In this document: positions 36,851 to 50,287 of the stretch, piece by piece
How positions within the stretch are numbered: the stretch's first letter is position 1
Layout: the number at the start of each line of letters is the position of its first letter
Assembly (NCBI GenBank): GCA_008632985.1
Contig: QPGO01000072.1
Coordinates: 310,001-374,000 of the forward strand
Length of the DNA: 64,000 nucleotides
Direction: 5' to 3'
Origin: Psammoneis japonica
Taxonomy: Eukaryota
The notes under the pieces: model-generated
Seen by the model: only the letters and a program-made list of their open reading frames with translations
Told to the model about the DNA's origin: nothing
Databases searched by the model: none
Program-made: the position numbers and the translations under genes

Positions 36851-39025
36851 CTCTTGGATTTGTGGTTTCAATCATTGTCCTCAGGGGCATTGTTGCTTTT
36901 TTGTGAAGTCCACAGATGAAGAGCCTTTGGATCTGGAGCTGGTCAGGGTGCTGCTCCCTCTTGCTGCTCTGGAGAACCTGGTTGTCTGAGGTGGACAGAC
37001 AACATTGTCAGCTCAGGTTGGCAAAATTGCCAAACTGCTCATTCTGTTCAGGGGCAACAACTGCTTTGTGTCCCATCTGCACTCTGAATTTTTTTGTGGC
37101 CAATTGGGCTGAAATTCTTGGAGTGCCCATTGGGCAGGTGTCAACATGCTCTTGCCCATCTGATCCCAGGCAACCTGCCTCAGAAGCACCCTCCTTTTCT
37201 GAAGACTTCAACTTTTTCCCTTCTGAGTCAAGAGTTGCTGCAGCTGGACTCCTCTCAGCTGTTCTCCAACAAGCCCCCCGCCCCTGTGTGGACCCCCTGC
37301 TCAGGACAGCTCACGTGTGATGCATGCGCTGTTTTCAAATTCACTAAGATGTGAGATGGGGTGCAGGTGCTTGTGGAAAATCTTCTGGAGAATCATTGCA
37401 TGTTGCAAAGGGCTGCAGTGTTTTTTGCAAGCAGGTGCCCAGGTGGACTCTGTCTGCTGCTGTGTGCTGTGTGGGGGATGTGACCAATTTTTTGCACTGT
37501 TTGGTCATTTGTTGCAATTGTTGCTGTGACCATCAGTCAGACACTGAAGTGTGCAACATCTTTGTGGATGTCAAGACAAAGCTCCAACAACAACATGATG
37601 CTCCAAACTGTTGTGAGAGTTCTGGTGGTGAGACGGCTGCGTGATGAGTTCAGGGCGCTCATGGCCAAAAATGCTGTTCATGCAGCCAACAATGATGGCT
37701 TTGCCTGCATCATTGCCAGCTGGTGTCAAGCATGTTTGTTTTGTGTGTTGCCAATCTCCAAGAGTGGGTGCAGACAGCCGGTTGGTCCAATCCAGATCAA
37801 CCAGCACTGAAATTCAAGGGAGTCAAAGCCGCTGATTTTTGACATCTTTGCAGTGCTGACATTTTGACTGTCCCTGTTGAGTCCATTGAAAAGATGTGTG
37901 GGTGGTGTGTGGGCACACCCAGAAGAATGGCCAACATGGTGAAGAGAAACTCTTTGCTCTCAATCTTTGTGATGGTGGGCTTGACCACTTGATTTGCCAG
38001 GGGTGTTTGCACTCATCATGGATCACAGGACATGATGACTCCATTGTCTTCATGTGAACCTGCTGGTGGTGTTGTCAAGCTCATCACCTTGAAAAATGTT
38101 GAATCTGACACATGAGAAGTGGCCGCTGAGGTTTGCAAACTCCACCCCCAGCCAAGGACAAAAATCCATTGATCGGTGGTTGCCCCACCTGCCACTCTCT
38201 TCATGTTGGAACTTGTGCAATGCTCCACACCAAATGAACTTCAGCACAGAGTTCATTCAGCAGCTCTTGCACTGGTGGGTGACTGCCTTCATGGAACTCT
38301 CAGGAATTCTGCTCTCTTGGCAGATCACCAGTGCAGAGCTCTTGACCGCTCTGCGGCCATGCCGCACCTTCTTTGAATTTTGGAATTTTTCCAAATTCTA
38401 ACTCTTGTTGCCGTGCTTCTGTTTGTGCAGCATGTGTTCAATTCCTTTTGCCACTGCATGTTCGAACATTACAGCACAGTTGTGATCGGCTTTTCAGTTG
38501 GCCCTGCGGAGTTCAAATGCTGTTGTTTTGGCGGGAACAACGACATTGCTCTCACTCGAGTCAGCGACGAGGTCGATGGAGCTCTGCCGGCATTGCTTGT
38601 CGTTCGTTGGTCGCCGAATCATCTTCAATCTGGTTCCAGCCCATGGTTTGGTTCCAGCATGATTTGCTCTCTAGCCCAAGCATGTCAGCATTGCTGCAAA
38701 AAAAAAAAATTGAGCAAGGCTGGAGGCTCTAATTACAGCTGATGCGTGGAGCCAGAGATTGGCCCACATCGTGCTCATCATTTGTGATGGCGAGCCAGCC
38801 GATTGTGTAAATGGCACACAATGCCACAGATCCTACGGTGTTCATTGGCACGGCAAATTGTGATTTCTTGTTGATCGCGTTGAGATCTGAGAAGAGTTTC
38901 AGGTACGAAAAAAGAAAAGTCTTGCCGGCAAGCAATGAGAGCTCTGATTTTGGGTGGTTGACAGATGCACAGCGTGCACTCGAGCGAAACAATGAGACTC
39001 CAGCCTTTGCCGTTGTCGGTTCCTT

Positions 39026-40259
39026 TTAACTGACAAAGGCATGCTTCAACAGCTCCCTCGCTGATGGCCTCTTGTGAGGATCCTCCATGAGCATTTGCGA
39101 TGCCATGTCATGCGCCAACCACAAGCGCTCATTTTCTTTTGTCCTCGGTGGAACATCCTTGCATTCTCCTCATTCGCATGGCAGTCCACTGAGCATTTGG
39201 CCGGTGGCAAAAACATCAAAAGATGATGCGGTGGCATGCATCAAGTGCCACCCTGTTTTAGAATCCTCGGGGGCATCCAATGTGAGGTGTGGACTTCTCG
39301 TTGTCGCGTTTGGTGCGAAAAATCGAGATTGATCCCAGTCAAACAGGTGAGCAATGCCAGCCCCATTGTCACATCGCACGTTGGTCCAACGAATGTCACC
39401 ATCAATGACGTTTCGCGAATGTGCAAAATCGAGAGCTTGCAGCACGGATCGCATGAACGGTGCAATCTCCGAGAGACCTTCGGGGACCACCATGTGAGGA
39501 ACAAATGAAAGAATCTGTGCACCAATCGCCTTTTGTTTGAAGAGCCACTTGCGTTGCTCTTTAGATGCACCACTTCCATTCAAACCAACGTCAAGGATCT
39601 CATCATCCCACGTCCGAAAGGGGCTGCCCATCACCCAGAAGAAAAATGTGTCAGATTGCAAACACTGGTGCCTCTTGATTGTGTGATCAAACACATTACA
39701 CTCACTCACAACTTCGCAGCTCCACAACAGTTTGGGGACACCAGATGCACCAGGTTGCTCATTTAAAATTCGAAACGCCTTCATCTCGTTTGCTGTGTAA
39801 CGTGGAAAGTCCTGGGAGCCAATCTTCATCACACACGACTCGTCCCCTAGTTTCAGTGTCTTGACCTCAAAGCCCAAGTTTGCATGTTGTCCATTCCCCT
39901 TTGTTGCACAATCGCAGGGACTCCAGGTGAGTGAAAGCAAACGCAGAAGATTGAAAGGCAAGATGAAAACGCACAAGAACAGATGCCAGCTCAATGTCAT
40001 AAACCAGGTCAAGATGCAATTGATCGTTGGAGTTTCCGTCTGTTGTTGCAACATCATGCCTGTTTTCATCCATCTGGTCGCTCGGAGGACACTGGAATGC
40101 TGGAGCTAGAGCAAAATGCCAGAGTGCAATCAGCCAGAACGCAGTTGGCACAAAGACAAGGTGCGACCATTTGAAAACTCGGTGCTGCTGTTTGTTGGAC
40201 AATCGAGTTCGTCTCTTCATCGCCAACGTGTGGTTGAAATTGACACGGCTTGTCCTCAT
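39026..40259 (-). pseudogene. Kinase-like gene copy 2, hypermutated
   Basis: Colinear with copies 1 and 3 but with systematic TA->TG/CA changes, a destroyed intron-2 acceptor (TAG->TGG near 39629) and a premature TGA at 39170-39172. Confidence 0.85.
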
Positions 40260-40519
40260 GGTCGCTGCGAGACCAACAACAATGATTTTTGTACAGTGCA
40301 GTGTGATGCTGCACAGCACATGCCGCACAGAGCACCGTTCAGCAGACTTGGTTTTACACACTGAATGTTTTTATGTACATGCAACGGAAATTCGATTTTT
40401 CAACTCACAGATCAACCTTGTTTCTACATGTGTGTCAGTTTTCATGATTTCCGTTATCATCATTTTGGTTTTTCTTTACAGTGCCTCATGTTTTTTCCGA
40501 CATGCTCTTTTGCGCTCTC

Positions 40520-43500
40520 ACTTTTGATGTCAACAACAGTGGATGCATTTTTTAATTGGAGTTGCAACACAGCTGATGATTTTTGCCAATGTTGTTGAAA
40601 ATTTTGTGCCAACAACGCTGTTTGGAGGTTGGCACAAAACATTTCTGCACACATTCTGCAGCAGTGGTCTGCTTGCATGAAAGTCTCTCTGCAATTTGAT
40701 GTGAGTGCTGTGACATGGAGCCAGAATTGTTTCCAAAGAAAAATCCTGTGAACATCATGTGTCCCATGAAGACTTGAACACTGATGAAAAAATCTTTTGA
40801 ATGTTCGTGCTCCAACCGAACATGAAAGCTGGAGTGCACGAGTGTTTTCAATGAACAAACACCAGCGCACAAAGCTCACAAAAATTGTGCTCAAAAGGAA
40901 GTGTCATTTTGTGTGTCGCCTGGGGCTGGAACACACCTGAAACTTGTGCAATGTTTTGTTTTGGACAAGGCATTGAAAATTGTGTTGGAACACCGCTGCG
41001 GCAGCCTCACAACCTCCAGAAGACAAAAAGGGAAGCACAAGGAGGAACAGGTGGCACAGCATTGCACTCTGATTGGACAAGATGTGGTTGCATCAGCACA
41101 AGCAGAACTGTGCACAGAAATGCCATTCCTGCTTTTGTCTGCGTGGCAAGGGAGTGGTGGGGCAAGCTTTTGAGACAAAATCAAAGCTGACCTCAATTTT
41201 GATTTGACTCTGCATTTTTTTGCTGGCAACACTGCTGGCTCGCAATTAATTTTAATTGTCAATCAAAACATTGGGCACATCTTGAACTTGAAAATGTTTG
41301 TAGACAACACCCACACTCATGCTCATGACTCAGTGGTGTCCAACAATTTTTGACTGCTGCTTTCTTTTGATGAGCCATCAACTGGACTGCTTTAATTTTG
41401 TCAGAACCCAGCAGATGACCATCGTCATTTGCTTGACATTTTCTGTTCAGTTTGCAAGAATGTCAATTCACACCTTCAGCAATCCAGGCGGTGCTGCTTG
41501 CATTGACATGTGCTTTTCAACACACCCTCTCTGTGACACACATTGAAAATCTGGCTCTGTGATGTGACCAGTTTGAGGTGATGAAGGCTCATTGAGGCTG
41601 CACTTGCAACAACTCCAAACACCCTTGTTGGCCATTGTTTGCCTCCAAAAAGCAGTCCTGGGCTTCTTTGTGGCAGGACCAAAGAATTGACAAAGGGAGG
41701 GGTTCTTTTTTGAGTTGTTGAGTTTGTGCTCATGAAGCTGTGACACAATGTGCGTGCATTGTGAGAAATTGAAAATGATGGGAAAAAACAACATTGTCAG
41801 GGAGAAGTGCAAGATTCAAACTGTGCAAAACTTGGCACCTTTTCTGCATGTGTGACAAACATGTGCATTTTTGCACCAGGAAGAGATGCCATGTGCCCTC
41901 TCTGTGACATGTGCTGAAATTCCACATGCGCCCCCAGTGTGTGTCAATGTGAGCAGTCTGTGTGCCAAGCACAAGGAGAGGAGGATGCCTTGGGGTTGGC
42001 CATGCTCTTGGAGGAGTCACTGGGCAATGGTGACATGCAGCAGCAGGTGGATGGACAGATGTGTGGAGACAACAATGAGAGGCCACACCCCAGCTCTCCT
42101 CATTGTTCTTGGCAGACAAGCAGCAGCAATGGGGCTGGCTGTGGTGACCCAACATGGGACAACAACACTCAAAAATTCCTTTCTGTTGACTGGCAGCCAT
42201 GTTTTGTGCAGTTGCCCACACATTGGATGTGGCACCAATTGCATCTGTGGTTTGGCTTTGACTGGCTGATCTGGCCACCACAATTTTGTCTCTCAACCAC
42301 ACACTGTGCTGTGGATCCAGAGAGTCTCCACAAGCCAGCTGATTGTGCATTGTGCATGATGCCTGCATTGTCTCATTGACTCTGACACACATCCTCATTG
42401 GAGCACGGGCATTGCAGCCAGGTTGTTCTGTTGGTTTTTGGACTGGGGTGATTGTCCTGCCACCTCAGAAGCATCTTTGATCACATGGAACCTGGATTCA
42501 TTGCACAAGTCCACCAATTCTGGAGGCTGCAGCTTTGGTCTTGTCTCATTGTTTCTGATCTCTTGCATCAGAACACAAACCCAGCCTCCATCTGTGCAGC
42601 CTGCTTGCACTCCTCCTCTTGCTCTGTGCCTGTTGTGTCTGTCATCAAAATTGGCCCCAGCACTGTGTCTTCATTTTGCCCATGATTGCAGTTGCCACAT
42701 TTTGCACTCACATTGAGTGCATGTTTGTGATTGCATCTCCTCTTTTGATCATTGCAATGGTCTTGCTTCTGTTGTTTTTGCCACATCCAATGATTTGCAA
42801 AAAAAGGTCTTTCAGTGTTCAGAAGACACAACTCCTTTTTGCATTTTGAACAAAATGTTGTGCACATTTTTTGACATTGGTGTTTTGTGAGCATTTTTCC
42901 AATCTTTCCACTTGTCATCTGGGAGCTTCCACAAGTGTTCAACCTCAGATGGAATTGGGGGTGTGTCTGCATGGCTGCATTTGCCTGTGAAAAAATCGTG
43001 ATCACAGCTCTGTGAGTTTTCAAACTCTTGGGACGGGATCACTTTTCCCTTTTTTTCTTTCTGTTCATCAAAATTTTGGCCTGCTCCACCTGACACTCAG
43101 TCTTGCAGACCTGCTCTCAGTGCACGATGGCACTCTGGTCATGCACAAGTTCACAGCAAAGCTCTCATCCAAAAAACTTGTTCTCTCTCACAACACCCCA
43201 GTTTTGCCTTTTTGCACTCATCTTTCTTGTCTGCCTTCCAGTTCCATCCTGCCACAGCTGCTGATGTCCTTGCCACAATTGAGCATGACAAAACTTCTCC
43301 CACTGAGTGCTTCTTGCAGTTGGGCCCCAAGGCTGAGCGTTCACTCAACCAAACAAAGCTTGTTCTCCATCACAACACCAGTTCTGACATTGCCAATTTC
43401 ATGTGTGGTCAATTTGACCAGCTCCTCTTGTTTCACGAAAGTCACATCATTGCAGTTGTGAAACACAGCTCCCCTTTGTGCATGGCAGCAATGAAGTCAA

Positions 43501-46500
43501 GCACTTGTGCAGCTTCTCTGACATTGCCGGTGAAGTTGCTCCCATGTTGGGAACTTGCCAATGTTTTGAGGGACACTTTGTGTCCTTGGTGCCCCAAGCT
43601 GATGCAGTGATGTCTGGCTTGCCTCATGCTGAGACTCCTCCAGATGATGTTGAGGGACCTCCACTTGCTGACAGCGCCAATGATCCAGCATCTCTTCAAC
43701 ACCTCAATTTGGGAATCCTTCCAGGGCTGAAGAACAAGCAGTCATTGTTGCTCTCCCATGGCCTTTCCTCTCCCTCCAGGTTGCTCCTGTCCCTTGGAAT
43801 TCACTCCTGACAGTTGTCTCCAGTGCCAGACATGTTGTGGAAGGCAGTTGGTTGCATCCAACAGCATGTGCCAGTTTTGTTCTCTCAATCAAGGAGAACC
43901 TTGTTTTGACCAAGCCACCAACAGCCTGCAAGTTGTCAATGATTTCATCAGTCTCAACATTTGCAACTTTTTGATGATGATTTTCAGGTGGTGGCACCCT
44001 TTTTGGACAATCATGCAAGTGTCCAAACCATGGTCAGGACATCCTCTGCTTTGACCTGGCAGTTTTTGGGGGGGCATGGTTCAAGGCCCAACTGCCAATG
44101 ACATTGCAAATGGAGCTCAGACAGAAGGAGTTGTTGCCCCTCAAGGACCCACTGCACTGCCAACGTCAGAGCCCCTGAGATGAAAAAGGGTGAGGATCAC
44201 AAGAAGAGGGCCACTGACATCCATGTTCTTGGCACTCTTTGTCCTTTTGCCACACAAGGTGGCAGGTTCTGATGCTGTTGCTTTGGGTGCACTCAAGCCA
44301 GTTTTTGTCAATGCTCTCAAACAATCAAGCAAGACTGGGTGGGCTTGGCTGCCGCACTTGTGAGATTGCTGTCATGGCACTCAGCAGCAGCAGGAGGTCA
44401 ATGAATGTCTTTGATCAAGTTTTTGCCTTTCATGCTGCTTGTGCAAATGAGGCTTTTGTAGATGGCATCATCTGTTTCTTTTGTCCCTTGCCTTGCTGAC
44501 CAGCCTCCCAATGCTTGGGTCATGACACACATGTGGCCAACATGAACATTGTGAACTTCCTTGGTCCTTGTGTGGACAGCCACACTCAGAATTGTTCCCA
44601 GAAGGTCAAAGAGGGCCAACAGATTTCTGAGCACTCTGTCGTGATGGACTCCAACAATGCATTTGCTAAATCAATCAAGAGCTCTGCTCTTTACAACACG
44701 GGTCAAGCTCATGATTTCTCAGACATTGTTTTGGCTCTTGGCAAGTTCAGGCTCATCTTCAATGCTCTTGTTGATGACTTTGATGATGAGGCTCTCTGGC
44801 AACAGCTTCTCCATTGCTGCCATGTTGCTTTTGGCAAGAGTGGCAAGCAGCAGATTGCATGCAATGGCAACACTTGCAAAATTGCTGCCAATGTGCTCAA
44901 CAGCATTCAAAATGTCATTTGCACCTTCTCCCAACTTGGCAGCATCCCAGATTGCCATGAGACTGTCTGCAACTCACAGCACATCAGCACCCAGGCTCTG
45001 GACATCTCCAAGCACTTGACAAACCAGTCAATTCAGGATTTTGAAACCAACGTCAGTTGTGCCCCCCCCCCTTGGAACCTTTGGAAGCAAGTGCTTGCTC
45101 TTTCAGCTTGCTGTGGAGTCAAACTCTGCTTTGAGTGGCTGCTGGCAAGCATTCAGTCAATTCTCTTCTGGCTGCAGTGTCTCCATCCAAGAAAGCAAAG
45201 TCTCCCTTGTTGGCATCTAACCTTGAATTGAGCAAGAAGATGGGGCTCCTCCTGGTCATTTCTGGAAACCCTTGCTGGCCTTCTGTTGCCCCAGTTGTGG
45301 CCAAGAAATGTGTCAATTTGAGCACTGAAGAGCATGTGCACCCTCATTCAGTGATGTGTGAGTTCTGTTGCAGCCGTCCCAAGTGCAGCAAGCCCCACAT
45401 TGCAAATTTGTGCAACCTTCCTCAGGCCAAACACAGCTGGCTGCTGATCAAATTTGTCAATGGCTGATTTTGACAACCTGTCATTTGCCAAGGGAAAAGC
45501 CCCAGCAGTGCAGCTGCATGGTTTCATCTTGTGACAAACCAGCAAATCTGTTTTTCTGAATGTCATCTCTCACCTCCATTTTTGTTTCAGTTTTTGTCAA
45601 CCTTGTGCTTTGCAAGCTTGCATTGTTGACTTGGTTGCTGCAATTTTGGATGACAAAATGGATGTGATCTGAGCTGCAGAAGCTGAAGCATGTGCTGAAA
45701 ATGACGTTGTCCCCACTTTGACCAATGGAAACCAGCAGAGGGTGTCAAAGTCCATTGGGTTGGTGCAACAAGATGTTCCTGATGCCGCTCCAGTCTCCTC
45801 CAAAGAGATCAAGAAATTCTTTTCAGAGCCATCTCTCCTGTGAACTTGTTGGGGGCTGGTGCTCCTGCACCCACCTCAATGATTGACAACTTTTTTTAAG
45901 AAATCTGAATTAGAAAAGTTCATCAGAGCAAACCTTTCCAATCAAGGAGGGCCCCACTTGCACCAACCTTTTGGCAATGACAATGTCAGTCAAAAGCTCA
46001 CCTCTGTGGCTGCTTTTTCTCATGTTTTGCTGCCCCTTTGGAAGTCTGGCTTTTTGCATGATGACACTGGCAAACAGAGTTTTCTCTTGTTTCCACTGAT
46101 TTTGTCAGCAATTGGGATGACCTGTGTTGTGTTGCATTGCACTGGCTGCCTGGTGCCTCTGTGCTCTTCTTTAGGAGCATGGCAACATTGACTTCAACAC
46201 CCTTCAAGGATGCCCTGATGATTGGGAGAGCGAAGAAGACCTCAACAAGGATTGCACCCAAAAAACTGCATCTGCTCTTCTCCATTTTGATGAGGACATT
46301 GTCAGTGCAGCAGGTCAGAGGCCCGCATGTTGCTGTGCACAGAAAGAAAGTTGACAAGATCATCTCATCATTTTTGGATGGCAAAGTGGACCCTGCTGTC
46401 ATTTCAACTGTTTGTCAAGATTGATCCAGGAAAAACTCACAAGGTGCTTGCAAGGGACTCCAAGCATGGCTTCGTCCCAACCTTTGATTGGCAAATCACT

Positions 46501-49500
46501 CCTTTTGCATTGAATTGTCACTTTTTGCCTCAGAATCAGGTTGACATCAACAAATTGTTCAAGAGCCCTTGTCCAGGAGTCTTGGATTTTGGCCACTTTA
46601 ATCATCTGTGGCCATCAAAGGTTTTTTGTCACTGGAGGTTGAGTCTCCTCAACTGACACCACTGCTTGGATGGACTTTGTGTGTTGGGTTTACAATGCCC
46701 ACATTTCACACCCAACACAGGACATCCACCCAATTGACAATGATGTGATGGAAGCACACAGCATGATGAAATGCAATCTGAACTTGGCTGGCATGCATGC
46801 ATCAGTCCAGTGTGGATTTGGTGTCACACAGACTGGGCGCAATTTTGGAGACATGCCCAACCCATGCAACAGAGACCAGGACATTAAAAAAAATGGGTGA
46901 AAGTGCACCAAGTGCATGAAAAATAAAAAAACAGTGCACAGCAAACATCAGAAGATGCGCAACATCAAGGAGCTGTGAGAAAGTCAGCTGACAACATTGT
47001 CAGAGACAATGAGATCAAAACAACTCCTGCATTGCCAGTGCAACAAAGAAGCAGTCATTGATGTCAAACATTTGTGTCACACAGGCTTGTGCATGAAATT
47101 GGCCTGGAACCCAAAGGTGAGCCACATGCCACATCATGCTTTTTCCACATTGGTGCTCAAGTTGACCTTGATGCCACACTTGATGTGTCCAGACAACTTC
47201 AAGACACATGAAGCATGTTCATTGCAAGACATTTGTGCTGCCACTGATGACAATTGGGGTGCTTTTGCATGTTTTGAATTTCCCTTCATTCCAAGAAAAT
47301 GTGGGCGCACAAAGTGCACTGCTGGGATGACTGAAGAGAGCCATCAACATTTCTCCCACCAAGGCCAATCTCAGGAAATGAAGTCCTGGTGCCACATGTG
47401 GGGTGATGACTTTCTGAGGAGTTGTTTCTGTGCTGAGCTAGAATTTTTGATGAAAGAACCACATGAATTGTGGGTTGTTGATTTTCTGTCTGATCTGAGG
47501 TAGAATGGCATGCACCACAGGCACAACAAACCTGTCCTCTTGGTGACAGAACAAGCTGGCAGAACACCAAACACAAAGAATTGCCTTAAGATTTCCAGCA
47601 AGTCTCAGACCCACCACTCATGTCCTCAAAAATTCACTTGCCAACAAGGCAAAATTTGTTGAGTCAACCCTCTGGCAGCAACCAAGTCATGCTCTCTCAA
47701 GCTCAAGCAGCTGAGTGCTCTCTCTGGCAAGGTCAATGAATGTGAGTTAGTTTGCCGTGTGCAGACAAGGTGCCACAGAGCTCAACATTCTTGTCAGACA
47801 GTTCAATGCCCTGCTTTGACATGAGCAGAACACAGAATTGCTGCCACTGGTCTCTGACCACTCTGGGAGACAGTCCTGTTCTCAAGCTCTTGGAGCAGTG
47901 CAGGCTGGGAATTTGAGTGCCAGGCAGTTCTTCTGCAGAGTTGCACAGGGAAACTCCACCAATGAGGCCAAGACAAATGCAAAAACAAAGCTTGCTGTCA
48001 TCCCGACCATGCAGTTCATTGCAATGGACAGCCCAAAAAACCCATCGCACTAAAAGAGGTGCAATCAAAAAGAGCTGGACATCAACTTCCAGACACCCAC
48101 ATGGCACAAACAGGTTTCTGCATTGGCCATGTCTGATTGAGCACAGTTGTGAGTTGGCCTGACCACCACAATCCATGCATGGCTTTTTAAAAGACCAAGC
48201 CACCTGCACCAAAAGGGCTCACCTCCCAGATGAGGGGGGCTGCAATGATCCAGAATCCAAGTGTGCAGCACAGACGGGAAGCATTCACAAGACTGGATGC
48301 AACCACAGTCCTGGCAGTGTTGATGCACACTTGTGCAAAAACCAGGTTCACCTCCAATTCACAGTCAGAACCAAAGTTGGGATCTTGCCAAGCACACACA
48401 CACAAAGGAATCCTGAAATGAAGAGAAAGGTGTCGACTGCAAACCTTGGCAGAAACAGGCAGCAGCGGCCCACCAAACGTGGCATCTCTCCACCACGCAC
48501 TGTCACTCTGTGTGCCGCAGTGCCACAAAACAGTGTGCATGGGGGTCATCAAATGACATTTGAATCTTCTCAAGAAGGTGGCAACCACACAGGTGATTGG
48601 CAGCCTTGTGCCCATGGTGAACAAAATGGGGGTCTGACATGCCACACAGCCACAACAATGCAGGCTGCCAGGATGAGATGGGTGATGCAACAAACTGAGG
48701 GCCATTGCAAGGTGTGCCGACCTGCAGTGCAGTGCAGTGCAACAAGCGCACACAATTGAATGGTTGATTTCTAAATCAGAGCCAGCGAATTTTGTGTGCG
48801 TGCATGCAGCCATCCATCAAATGTTCTGGTGTCCATTGGGGTGGTGGTGGCTGGCCCCAATGTCATCAGCAGCTTGCACAATGTGCTTTCCACATCCAAC
48901 CAGACATTGTGGAGATCATGCAACCTTTTTTGCCAGTGCTTGAATTTCCACCAGCTTCAACAGCTTCAGTGGTTACTTTGTTTGCTCAAGCACTCCTGGA
49001 CTCTTTCAACCTGGGGGTGCTGAATGATGGTGTGTGGTCACCCACCATGCACAAGCACCACATCAATGACAACGTGCACACCAATGTTCAGGAGTTTTTG
49101 GAGCATGCTGTTTGTGCAAGTGGCTGCACATGTGCTTCATGTGATGCAAGGTTTTCTGCACAAGGAGTTTCCCAGTGCTTTGAGCCTTGTAAAGCTCAAT
49201 CTTCTTCTTTCTGCCTTTTTTCAGCAATTGTTTGGATGAAAGTGCAACACAAGGTTCATTGCGGTTGGCGCAATGGACCACAAGTTGCGTGAGCTGCTCT
49301 TGATCATCCTTCACAAGTGGCTCCAATTGCTGAAGCACCCATTGTTGGACATGTCTTCTTCACTTGGTTTGTTGGAGTTCCATGCATGCCGTTGCCCCCG
49401 TGCATGTTGTGTTGGCTCTTTCTTCTCTAGAAAATTTTCTGGGCAGATTTGATTGCCCATCACCACATTGCACAGTGGATGCTTCTTGAGCAACGAGGTT

Positions 49501-49875
49501 GGAAGAAACAAACATTGGACCAACTTTCTCAGAAGCTGTGTCATGGTGTGTTTTCCATCATTTTTTTGGGGGAAAAGCCCAATTTGTCTGCTGTGTGAGT
49601 CTTGAGACTTTGGTGTTGGAGCCACTTCATTGGGCTCTTGGCTGCTTGGTTCAGCATCTCAAATCAACTCCCAACCCATGGGAGGCAAACAAGATTGGCA
49701 CCATTGTCCCATGCGATCCTTGCTGTCAAGGTGTTGGTGATGCCAGTGGGCTCAGAGGTGACAGTCACTGCTGCAAGTTTTGTTTTTGGTTCCTTGTGCT
49801 TTGGAGGAGTGACGAAGCATGTGGAGGTTTGAACTCTTCTCTAGATTCTTGACACTGTGTCATGATGCACTCTCT
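40520..49875 (+). mobile_element. Decayed putative DIRS-like element, copy B (uninterrupted)
   Basis: Paralogous to 9130-10781 plus 28922-36850 and to 1-1168. RT-like remnants at ~46250-47250. TpA and CpG nearly absent. Boundaries approximate. Confidence 0.55.
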
Positions 49876-50287
49876 CTTGACAAGACGATTTATGCACCTC
49901 TGGGAATCATCTGGTTCCAGCCCATGATTTGGTACAATTTGCTCTCTAGCCAAAGCATTTCAGTATTACTGCATGTTGAGCAAGGCTGGAGGTTCTAATT
50001 ACAGCTGATGCATGGAGCTAGAGATTAGCCCACACAGTGCTCATTATTTATTTGTGATGGCGAGCCAGCCGATTTTGTAAATAGTACACAATGCCACAGA
50101 TCCTATTCATTGGCACGGCAAATTGTGATTTCTTGTCGATCGCGTTGAGATCTGAGAGAAGTTTCAGGTACGATAAAGGAAAGTCTCGCCGGTAAGTAAT
50201 GAAAACTCTGATTTTGGGCGGTTAACAGATGCACAGAGTGCACTCGAGCGAAAGAATGAGACTCCAGCCTTTGTCGTTATCGGTTCC

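Noticed and set aside
37258..38390. Possible coding remnant present only in the middle array unit
   Set aside because: Too degraded to assign to any family by eye.
11246..40259. ADAR-type RNA hyper-editing fixed by reverse transcription
   Set aside because: Changes occur on both strands within one ORF, differ between sister LTRs, and affect a DNA transposon and an intron-containing gene.
28922..49875. The many 60-260 aa Cys/His-rich ORFs as real genes
   Set aside because: They overlap in all frames, are not conserved in frame between the paralogous copies, and follow from TAA/TAG depletion.
1..49880. Classical RIP or CpG deamination as the sole cause of TG/CA richness
   Set aside because: C->T changes cannot turn Tyr into Cys/His or remove TA, and CpG is retained in several TA-depleted elements. 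CpG decay is present only as an additional layer.
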